Assembly (NCBI RefSeq): GCF_030684315.1
Contig: NC_081368.1
Location: forward strand, 68,355,754 to 68,419,753
Source of the DNA: Stegostoma tigrinum
Taxonomy: Eukaryota
DNA length: 64,000 nt
Direction of reading: 5' to 3'
The number at the start of each line of letters is the position of its first letter. Positions within the stretch are counted from its first letter, which is position 1. This document shows positions 11,146-23,100 of the stretch, in pieces. Under the pieces are notes generated by a model, which saw only the letters and a program-made list of their open reading frames with translations, was not told the origin of the DNA and made no database searches. Position numbers and translations under genes: made by a program.

Positions 11146-14100
11146 TGCTCTTTCTCTCTCTCACAAACACAGGTGCATGCGCACACACGCACTCTCTCAC
11201 ATGCACACACGTGCGCTGCTTCTCACACACACACACATGCACTCACAAATACACGTGCACTCTCTCTCACACACACGCGCACACACACTTTCACACACAC
11301 ACACATATGCTTTCTCCCAAACACACNNNNNNNNNNNNNNNNNNNNNNNNNNNNNNNNNNNNNNNNNNNNNNNNNNNNNNNNNNNNNNNNNNNNNNNNNN
11401 NNNNNNNNNNNNNNNNNNNNNNNNNNNNNNNNNNNNNNNNNNNNNNNNNNNNNNNNNNNNNNNNNNNNGCATTTGCAGACCTGTAATTGCAGATACGTTC
11501 TATTTTGTCCAAAAAGCACCCAATTTGTCGACGGTCATTGTGTATTTTTATAAATTCATCCTTTGGAAATAAAACCAATCTGACTCCAAGTTGTTACACA
11601 GCCAGATTCTAAACAAGGCCACACACTTAAAATGCACTATCCAACTTGAGATGTCAACCCTAGTATGCTAATAAAACCACTAGTTATCTCAGGGCAGTGA
11701 CTTGAAAGAAATTCTGATACTTGCATATTAACAATTTCTGATTGATCAGAGATTTAACAACTACCTTAGGTTTGTTCAACATAGCATCAGTTCATTGACC
11801 CTTTGATCTTTTGCTTATAAATTCTGTGTCCATGTTTGTAGATTCAGGAATTAGCCCACTTCAATGCATATAACAGAGGAGTGAAAATACAGACCTTTTT
11901 TTGAAATACAAACATTGAAACGACTTTATACCTTTATAAATCATGCTCACCCGCAGCAATGCGGCAGCCCTCCTTATCCCATCATTGCAGCATTTCTCTG
12001 TGTTCACATTGCAAAAACCTTTTCCATCCGAATGTGCCTGGCTAATTCTCACTGTGGGAATCTTTAGCCTGTGAATAATTGCACTGTGGAAAATTCTCAC
12101 GGGTTCAGTGCATGACGATGCTACTGGGTGTGATGGGAACATACGGTGCATCATTTATAAATGACAGATGAGCTGTTGGGGCAGGGATTGAGAAGGAAGT
12201 TACCACATTGAGATTGAGAAGGATGCTTGATATTTGCATTGCCAGGATGGAGAGAGCTTCTGCACCATTCTAAATGGCAAAAGATGTTGCTGAGCTAGTA
12301 TGTAGGAGAACTCTACTGCGTGACGTTGGATACGAAAACTGCAGCATTCTGGTTCACAGATGACAAAGTGGCATCCTTGAACACTGGGCCCCTTCCTTTT
12401 CAAATCCCTCTAGTGTCCTGCTAAATACAATCACTGCAGCATATATATCCACAATTTTCTACTGGTGACAAAAACTGCAGAATTCTTTTAGAACCAACCA
12501 TTGCAGTATCATTATACACCTTAGAAATCATTCACATCTCACCCATAGTTCTGAGATAATGGGAACTGCAGATGCTGGAGAATTCCAAGATAATAAAATG
12601 TGAGGCTGGATGAACACAGCAGGCCAAGCAGCATCTCAGGAGCACAAAAGCTGACGTTTCGGGCCTGGACCCTTCATCAGAGAGGGGGATGGGGAGAGGG
12701 AACTGGAATAAATAGGGACAAGAGAGTTGCAATGGGAGAGAGATTCCCTGAGGTTGGTCCGGAGGGAGGAGGGTAACTTCTTCAGGTTAGGCATCCCTGG
12801 AAGAGGCTTCGCAGTGAGGTTAAAATAGTATCAGAGATAATGGGAACTGCAGATGCTGGAGAATTCCAAGATAATAAAATGTGAGGCTGGATGAACACAG
12901 CAGGCCAAGCAGCATCTCAGGGGCACAAAAGCTGACGTTTCGGGCCTGGACCCTTCATCAGAGAGGGGGATTGGAGAGGGAACTGGAATAATTCCTTCTC
13001 CCCATCCGCCTCTCTGATGAAGGGTCCAGGCCCGAAACGTCAGCTTTTGTGCTCCTGAGATGCTGCTTGGCCTGCTGTGTTCATCCAGCCTCACATTTTA
13101 TTATCTTGGAATTCTCCAGCATCTGCAGTTCCCATTATCTCTGATACTATTTTAACCTCACTGCGAAGCCTCTTCCAGGGATGCCTAACCTGAAGAAGTT
13201 ACCCTCCTCCCTCCGGACCAACCTCAGGGAATCTCTCTCCCATTGCAACGCTCTTGTCCCTATTTATTCCAGTTCCCTCTCCCCATCCCCCTCTCTGATG
13301 AAGGGTCCAGGCCCGAAACGTCAGCTTTTGTGCTCCTGAGATGCTGCTTGGCCTGCTGTGTTCATCCAGCCTCACATTTTATTATCACCCATAGTTCTCT
13401 TGTCTTACCAACATAGGTATTTACCAAACAAGAAAACATCCTGTTGTCTACTAACTTCACACTCTCCCTCAGTGTGTCCATGCCTGTTAGCATTCCCATC
13501 TCGATCTGCAGCAGACTGACTCAATTAAATACTGCTGTATATTTTCTACGATGGTAATGTGGTACAACAGTGGTACATCCTCCTCCATCCCAGTACAATA
13601 GCAATGATCTTGATTTCAAAAAAGCAAACACACTTACTAAGTAACTTGCTTCAGTCAAACATTGTTGCACATAACACTGTTCGAAATACGAACTTAACGA
13701 ATTAGGCCAATCAGCCCCTTGAGCCTGGTCTTCCCTCACCCCACAACTTCTTTCTCCATGTAAACAGATTCCATCCCCATTCCAACACTGCAGAAACCTA
13801 TCCATTGCAACAAAGCAGCATTATTTCACATCTCAATACAGCAGCGTCTTCCAGCATCCCAACACAACCATACCATCTCAAGCCTCAGAGTGCAGCCTCT
13901 TCATCAAGCCCAACGGAGTAGCTTCATTCTCAATCCCAACATGTTAGCTTTCATCTTTGTCTAAATCTGCATTAACAAAAACCAATGAACAAGACATCAA
14001 TGTGCGGAAGCCAACCCTCAAAGAGGCAATTAATCCAGTTCACCTTGAAACATTTAAATGTAAATCAGTAAGTTTACTTTCAGAGTATAATATTTTGAGC

Positions 14101-17100
14101 ATAACATTTTAATCATCAATAACAGCAAACATGATGAGTGATGCTTGTAAGTGATTTAAGAACAAGGTTCCCAAAGATCTTCTCCAGTGGGTTTTTTCTC
14201 ATTTATTTAGCCCATTGTGGACTAATGGAAAGAACAGATCATCAACATTAGTCAACAGTTCCATGGTAAATTGCATTCCATGATGACCAGGATTGTAGAC
14301 AGTGAACTAGATGGATCTTGGTGAGCTTTGTTAACAAACCTTTAAGTTGCGATGTAGACTTAAAGTTCATTACAAAACGCAAACATGCATAAAAGTAACT
14401 CTCCTTGTTTCTTTGCTCCACAGTTTCTCCCTGTCGCTCTGCTCCAGAATAACTTACTGCCTCTTTTTCCACAATTCCAAAAATCACAACCTACTCCTGT
14501 GCTCCAGTATCTCTCCCTGACCCTCAACTCCAGAATCTGTCTGCTATCTCTCTCTGAATGTCGGCACCAGAAACTTTCCCTGTCACTTTATAACAGAATC
14601 TGGCTTTAACCCTCCAATCCTGGCTCTTGCCTTTTCCCTGTGTTCCAGAATTTGATCCAAGATCTTTCTCAGGCCCTCTGCTCCAGAATCTTTCTCTGTG
14701 TCTATGACCAAGAACAACTTCCCATCACTCAGCTCAAGAACCTTTCTATCACTCTTCTGCAGGCTCATCGTATGTCCCCCTATCCCAGGCTGTCTTCTTG
14801 GCCCTCTTTCACCACATTCCTGTGTTCCAGACTTTTTCTGAATCTCTCTACTGCAGAACCTCTCCTCCTGTGCACTGTCTCCTGTAATGACACAGAAATT
14901 GCTTCTCTTGAAAATTAAATGGAAAATGGTGAAGCAAAGCTTAGGACAGTGATAACCTGACTACCATTTCCAAGCACAAAAACAAAGTTGCTGGAAAAGC
15001 TCAGCAGGTCCGGCAGCATCTGCGAAGAAAAAAAATCAGAAGATAACATTTCAGGTCTAGTAAGCCTTCCTCAGAACATTATGTGAAAAAAAAACATCAG
15101 AGTTAACTTTTCGGGTCCGGTAGCTCTTCCTCGGAATGTTCTGAGTATGGGTCACCGGGCCCGAAACGTTAACTCTGATGTTTTTTCACAGATGCTGCTA
15201 GACCTGCTGAGATTTTTCAGCAGCTTTGTTTTTGTTCCTGATTTACAGCAGCTTGTAGTTCTTTCGGTTTTTATTATTTCCAGGCAGCCTTTGTAACTTT
15301 GCGCCTCCTTTAACCTAAAGAAGAGGTTACTTCTGTGTTTTGAATCACATCCAGTGTTACTACCCTAAAATAGCTCACATTATGTTTAGTTTAAATACAG
15401 ACATCACTATAAGCTCTATGTTTTTCTTCTCTTACCTGGCACAGGCTGTCACCTTCAGCATAAACAATGACAACCAGTGCAATAACAGGGACCCAAAGGA
15501 AACAAAATGTTAACATAAGCCAGCCAAGTGTTATTGCCCAAGAAGGATACGCCACAAGTCCATATTCTGGTGGTCTAAATATTATTATAGACCAGATTAG
15601 CATTAGCTAAAAAAACAGAAAAAGATGTTAAATGAGCCAAAAACATGCCACTTGATCAATGGTAGTTTAAGGCACTAAAAGATGCAACATCCACTCACAG
15701 TCAGCAGAATAGGTGTAACAACAATCCAACAGACTCTCCACCACAGCCAGAACAGCCAACTCCTTTCCCCAATCATCATCTCAATGTCCTTAATGAATCT
15801 GTTTATCCCTGTGAACAACAAGAAAACAGAGAGACACCATGACTCACGTTTTCCAGTCTTCTGGGCAGCCTATTTCTGAATTTGAAGTTCATCCTGTTTT
15901 GGGTGCTACTGTTGAACAGTCAACTTCCAATTATCAGTATTTTGGGCATGGCTGGTAAATAAATCCCAATACCAATTTACTTCCTTCTGCTAATCTACGT
16001 ACTTCAGGGATTCTAAGCACTTTAACCTTCGCTTACCATAAATCCAGCTTAAGCCGATGAGTTCCAGTATTGCAATCAAAATTAGGCCCCATCCAGAACA
16101 GAAGTGATCGATTAAAGTTATCCAGTAAATCCCAGACTAAAAAATACATTGAGAAAACGGATAAAGGAGATGGTCCTTTTCAGAATGTCAAATACTGAAC
16201 AAACCGCGTTTTACTGAAAACATAGATAACCACACATCCCATTCTCTTAGAGACAGTCACTAAAGTACAATACAGTATAACCTTTGTTAAAGTACAGTTG
16301 TAATAGAATTTATGGCTACTCAGCAATGCTGAGGGTTTATTTATTTGGCTCAGACAGTATTTCCTATTGTCTCTCTATAGCGTCTCTTCTCCCAATCCCC
16401 ATTGCCAATCCAGTCAGCCTGAAACAATTTCACAAACCAGCAGTGATGAACCTTGTTATTTCCCACATCCTAGCACACCCAATCACAGAATCAATTTCTA
16501 GACATCCATAAACATTTTTACGAAGGCTGTAATCAATTCTTTCTTAATTCAAGGATATTTAGTAGCAGTGGTTAAACCTATTTTGCTTCTCAGAGCCACT
16601 TGTATTTTTGGACTGATTTTCACTGCACTGAAATAAGTAGGTAAGATTACAGGAAGTTCTTGCTTAATGTTAATTGGTTATATGAAACCACAATGGTAAG
16701 TGGAAGAACATATTGCAAAACAGTCTGTCTGAGGCTCATAATCCTGTCCTGCTCCCCTCCTTACTCGAGACCTGCATCCCAGATCTGGCAAACTCAATAT
16801 GGGAGCTAGACCAAAACATCCTGACATGCAATGATATTAATGAAAAACAGCTGCAATGCAGTACAAATGCAGGGCTCTAACTGCAGGGTGTTGTTAATGC
16901 AAAATAATGTTGCATGTCATGACATTAAGTGAGGACTTCCTGTATTATAAAACTCTTAAAAATTGCTTGTAATTTTTATATTACCTCACAACTGCTGAAA
17001 GCAAGTCTGACTCATGGCTACAGAACATAGAACATAGAACAGTATAGCACAGAACAGGCCCTTCAGCCCATGATGTTGTGCCAACCATTTATCCTCATGT

Positions 17101-20100
17101 ATGCACCCTCAAATTTCTGTGACCATATACATGTCCAGTAGTCTCTTAAATGACCCCAATGACCTTGCTTCCACAACTGCTGCTGGCAATGCATTCCATG
17201 CTCTCACAACTCTCTGTGTAAAGAACCCGCCTCTGACATCCCCTCTATACTTTCCTCCAACCAGCTTAAAACTATGACCCCTCGTGTTAGCCATTTCTGC
17301 CCTGGGAAATAGTCTCTGGCTATCAACTCTATCTATGCCTCTCATTATCTTGTATACCTCAATTAGGTCCCCTCTCCTCCTCCTTTTCTCCAATGAAAAA
17401 TGTTCGAGCTCAGTCAACCTCTCTTCATAAGATAAGCCCTCCAGTCTAAGCAGCATCCTGGTAAACCTCCTCTGAACCCTCTCCAAAGCATCCACATCTT
17501 TCCTATAATAGGGCGACCAGAACTGGACGCAGTATTCCAAGTGCGGTCTAACCAAAGTTTTATAGAGCTGCAACAAGATCTCACGACTCTTAAACTCAAT
17601 CCCCCTGTTAATGAAAGCCAAACCACCATATGCTTTCTTAACAACCCTGTCTACTTGGGTGGTCATTTTAAGGGATCTATGTATCTGCACACCAAGATCC
17701 CTCTGTTCCTCCACACTGCCAAGAATCCTATCCTTAATCCTGTACTCAGCATTCAAATTCGACCTTCCAAAATGCATCACCTCGCATTTATCCAGGTTGA
17801 ACTCCATGTGCCACCTCTCAGCCCATCTCTGCATCCTGTCAATGTCCCGCTGCAGCCTACAACAGCCCTCTATACTGTCAACTACACCTCCAACCTTTGT
17901 GTCGTCTGCAAACTTGCTGACCCATCCTTCAATCGCCTCATCCAAGTCACTAATAAAAATTACAAACAGTAGAGGCCAAAGGACAGACCCCTCTGGAACA
18001 CCACTCACCACTGACTTCCAGGCAGAATATTTTCCTTCTACTACCACTCGCTGCCTTCTGTTGGCCAGCCAATTCTGTATCCAGACAGCTAAGATCCCCT
18101 GTATCCCATTCCTCCTGACCTTCTGATTGAGCCTACCATGGGGAACCTTATCAAATGCCTTACTGAAGTCCATATACACCACATCCACAGCTCGACCCTC
18201 ATCAACTTTTCTAGTCACATCCAGGTGGCTATGATTTACTTCCAAGATGCAGTGTACTTAAAGGACATCTTGACACTGAGCGACAGATTGGTTTTAATGC
18301 TTCACACATTTAGATATGTGCTCATTATTTCATTATTACAACAGCACGAAACCAGGGAAAAATTGATTGCGTTTGTCTAAAATGGAATATCCTGTACCAC
18401 TTAAAAATATTGATGTCTGTTTAATGTGTCCTATGGTAGAGGACTTTTTAACATCCTTTATGTGATGTGTACATCACTGGCAAGGGCAGTCTTGATTGCC
18501 CATCCCAAATGACTTTAGAGAGTGTGGTGGTGAGCCACCCTCTTGCAATGTTGCAGTCATGAAATGCTGGTACACCCACAGTGCTGTTAGGAAGGGAGTT
18601 TCAGAAGTTTGACCAGATGGCAATAGTTCCAAGTCAGGAGGGTATGTGGCTTGGATGGGAACCCGTGGCGATGGTATGCACATGCATCTTGAGTCATTGG
18701 CCTCATAGTTGGTAGAGGTTGCAAGTTTAGAAAATTCTGCTTAAAGCAGCCATGGCATGTTGTTCAGTAGACCTTGTACACTGGGCACACTGTGGCTTGG
18801 TAGTGGAGTGACTGACTGTTCAAGCTGGTGGATTGGGTGCTGATCAAACAGGGTGCCCAACTGAAGCAGCAGCAGAGAAAGCAAAAGAGTCTCTGTTCGA
18901 GACTCTGGGAGAGGGTATTGCCACAGCACAGATAAAGGAAGAGGAAGTGGAAATGAAAGAGTTGCTGTGAGACCTGCAGAGGCTTCCAACATTATAGGAA
19001 GCAAGCTAAGTAAATAGTCAATGAGTATTTGTCTTTCTTATTATTGAAACATATATCTTCTTAACTAGGAATTGGGCAATTAAGAATTTGAATAAAGTTA
19101 CTGAGGTACTACATGAATTAATAGGTTAAAAGCATAAAACAGTCGCAACTGAGGCATTAATTGAGGCCAATAGCTCAATCAGAGTAATACCCAGATTGTT
19201 AAAATGGTAATAGAGGTTTTCTTTTACATTATTGATGGGACTTCGTAATATGTGGGGCATTTTACGCATCTTAGGTGTCATGTATATTGGAAGTGTTCCC
19301 CCCGCTCCAGCTCAAGGTCAGGATTTGCAAGCTCCAGGGACAGCTGAACTCACTGAGGAGCATTACGAAGGATGAAAATTCCTTGATGGCATATTTCAGT
19401 AGGTGCTCATCCCCTGGCAGCGGAAGTTTAGGACAGCAGGTTGGAGGACATCCAAAAGATGCATGCTCCTTTTAAACCAGTACAACATTGGAACCTGTTG
19501 GGAGTGGCGATACCCTGAGTAGTGTGATTGAGAACATGATATTAATCACCAAATGGCAGCAAAGTATATAAATACATTTGTTATGGAACATTCCACAGAC
19601 AGGGAGACAGATATGCATTTCTGTGGCTATGATTGAGATTCCCATGTGGTGTTTTGCCTCCATGCTTCCAGGACATAAGTCACTACCAAAGAGAAGGAGA
19701 AATTGAGCCAGATGTTGTGGTACTCATTGATTCTAATATACAGAGGCAAACATTTATGGTCAGATTCCCAGGAGCTAGGAAGAAGTTAAAAAGTAGGACA
19801 TTAATGATGGTTTTGTTGGTTCCTTCCAGGGGCACATATTAGTGAAAGTACACCTAGGAAGATAGCTCGAGTCCTTGCATGTTTGGGAGCACATTGCAGG
19901 AGGAAGGACTTCAGGTTCCTCAGCATTGCAGTCAATACTGGGGAAGAAAGCATCTGTTCAAAACGAACAGTTTGCACTTGAACAGGCCTGGGATCATTGC
20001 CCTCACAGAGAGTTGCACAAGGGAGACTGGAGAGGATTTAAACTATACTGGTGATAATGGGTACCAACATAATGAAGTGGAGAAAAGTAAGCATAAAATC

Positions 20101-23100
20101 AGCAGAAAGCTAGAGTGCTTGGCAGTGAATGACAAGGAAATAGTTTCATATTGAATAGAAATTTTTTTAAAAATGTAATAGTGAGCTTTTAGGTAGGTTC
20201 AGTGTATGAGAGAAAGGAACAAAGCCTAATTTAAGCATTCTGTGGAACATGTATATGAATGCATGGAGTGTGTCGAAGACGACTAGGGAGTTATAGGTGC
20301 AAATTACAATTTGGAAATACCATGTGCTAATTGACAGCATGTGACAATGCTAAGGCTTTAAGAAGTTATTTTGTCCCTTTTTTAAAAGAGGTTTTAAGAC
20401 AGAGGTGGAGAGCTGTCTATTTTGCAAGCCAATAAAGTTACCAGCTTGTGACGTCTTGGGTTTTTCATTGAAGTTGAAACAATTGAAGCAGCCTGGATGC
20501 GTGTGGCCAGCTCTCACAGACCAGGGTTTTTAGTCTTTTAAGCAGTCTCACTCATGCCATGTATAGTAGCAACAACACTTCCATACTTTTAAACTCTATT
20601 CCTTGAGCTATAGATGCCTTCTTAATTACTTGCTGTACCTACATGCTGGTTTTTGGTGATTCACGCATGAGGCATTCAAATCCCTATGTACAAAATCACT
20701 CTGAAGTTTACCTCCATTTCTTCTATTCGTCCAATCAAATGACTAACCATTTTAACAATCTGGGTATTAATCTGATTGAGCTATTGGCCTCAATTAATGC
20801 CTCAGTTGCTACTGCTTTGTGTTTATAACCTATTAATTCATGTAGTACCTCAGTAACTTTATTCAAATTCTTAATTAACTTTCTGTTGGAATCTTACCCT
20901 TGCTCCTCATTCTTATGTTGCCCATCTTGGACTATTTCTTCGAATGATTAATGATTCCTGAAATGTTTCCTTCCCAACTTTGATACTTTACAACAAGAAA
21001 AGTTTTGTCTTCTCAAGTATGAATTAGGAGTAAGTAGTCCAGATATTTAAATGTTAGTTGCAGGGTGGGTTGGGGCAGTCATTAGTGTGAATCAGGCTCA
21101 ACATCCTAGGATACTCTATGGCGGCAACTAGACATGTGAACTTCGGGTGCAGAGGTGGGCTGTGTGAAAGATTGAACTCGGTGCTATAAAACATGTAAAA
21201 AAGTGAATGAATCATAAAAACCCTCACCCCCTCACAACTCCACATTCTCCCCATGGACCATCCATGTTAACGTATGCGTCAACACAAATTCCATGGCTCT
21301 TATACACTTCATACCAAACCTATGCCCCTCTACCTGTCTTTTGACCCTATGCCGCATGCCAAGTTAACACTAACCCATGCCCCATGAACAATCCCTTGAC
21401 TTAACCTCCCATTATAATTCTCTCAGTATCCCTCATTAACAGACTTCATTTGCCGTAGTAAAATTAAATAAAACAATATTTTAACTGTCTGCGGCAGCTT
21501 AAAAATCTCACTGATAAAATCCATTCATTTTATTTAAATTCATTCAAGTGTTTAAAGTCTTTAAAGAACTTTTTGTTCTGAAAGTCTGCATCAAAGACTT
21601 TATTACCACTTGGATTTGTCCATAAAACTGACAGGCACCCCACTGTAATAATGATAGGTGATGAAATCAGTAGTGCAACGCAAATCTTACAAGGATACAT
21701 CCTGGGCTTGGGTCAGCAGATTGCATTTGCGGGCAGTTTTTTTTTCAAACTAGGCGTGTGCTTTAATGCAAGGGGCAGGAGATATAAAAGCTTGGTAGTT
21801 CCACAGAGTTTAATGCATTTTTTTGTACAATCATGTTTACTCTGATGTGTGCCAAAGGATATCTTGCCTATACAAAAGGTGGCTCTGAATCTATCTGAAG
21901 TATACCCTCTCTCTTCAAACAGTTCTGACAGACTTTAACTTTTGGTCCAAAAATATGGTTCCAGTTTTGGACATCATCTTAATGAAAATTGGATCTGCTT
22001 ATAAAGCAGTGGAAAAGTATAGCCATCTGTATGAACTGCAGATAATGGAAACTACAATCCATCCCTGTCCCTCGTAGTGAAAACGGTCAGTGCTGTATTT
22101 GGGTGTGGCATTTCTAGAAATCAGGCTCCAGTGCCATTTTTACTGAAGCAGGAAGGCTTACCCACAAAAATTCAAGCCAAAATTTCCGTTGCCTTTGTCC
22201 TGTGACGGCAGGGTTTTTTTTTACCATTAAGCTGCATCAATGGTTTACACAAAATTAAATACATTTAAAAGCAATACTTCAATGCAAAGCAAAACAAAAT
22301 GCAGCACAAGTTGGAAATCTGAAATTAAAAGCAGGAAACTTGGACCTACTCAGCAGATCAAGCATCCTCTGTAGGGAGAGAGGCAGAGTTAGTTTTTCAG
22401 GTCAATGATATTTCAACAGAAACTATTAATGCGTTATGTTAACAGCCAGAATATAGTGCAATCCTTCCTTCAGTGCATAGCTACTAGAATCTACAAAAGA
22501 AATGCTATATGGCATTTTTAAAGGACTTTGTACCTCTGTTACGAGCAAAATTCCAAATAAAAGTGAGATCAAACACACGGCAACTGTCACATAAAAACGT
22601 TTGTTTCGCAGTAAACTGGGAAACTCATCCTGAAGACTTGTTATAATTGTTTCTGGTGAAAGAAAATGGAGTGACATCAATCAATAATTAGCGCACAGGA
22701 AAACAGATGAGATCATCTCCTTCACTTTTTCTCCATGCATATCCTTTCACTTCTGGGCTTTACAACAAATCAAACTTACACTGACCAGGCTCGGCGTGAG
22801 ATATTGCTTTTCCTGTGCCTACACTGGCCAGGATCAGTGATCTGGCAGTTGGAATTCTGAACGGTGTGGCTTCCTAGCAAGATAGCTGCTCATCCATAGT
22901 AGCCCATCTTTACTAGGAGCAAGGCATGTAACATTCAGTGAAAAATATGGGCAGTACTGGCAGGCATAACTCCATTTAACAAAGGGAGAGTCAGGGAGCC
23001 ATTAATGCATAGGATCATGTACTTTATAAGAACTTCTCCCAAACTCGCCTTCTAGAATCGTAAAATCCCTACAGTGTGGAAGCTGACAATTCAGCCCATT

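Larger units (their letters stand above)
10770..11832 (+). mobile_element. Penelope-like element 3' fragment (GIY-YIG C-terminus plus microsatellite-containing 3' region)
   Basis: ORF 10783-11010 [28 protein letters not shown]...[14 protein letters not shown] resembles the PLE GIY-YIG end; the right boundary is approximate. Confidence 0.7.

Noticed and set aside
11001-11578. Several 69-159 aa His/Thr- or Cys/Val-rich ORFs
   Set aside because: Translations of the (CA)n microsatellite and the N gap.
12553-13386. CRISPR array or DNA-transposon MITE interpretation
   Set aside because: Eukaryotic context, no repeat-spacer pattern or cas genes, unequal arms, long TSD and homology to a PLE terminus.
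17109-18245. Longest ORF (378 aa) as a host or domesticated gene, plus overlapping antisense ORFs
   Set aside because: Truncated CR1 RT with a CR1 tail; the start codon comes from flanking DNA, and the antisense ORFs are shadows.
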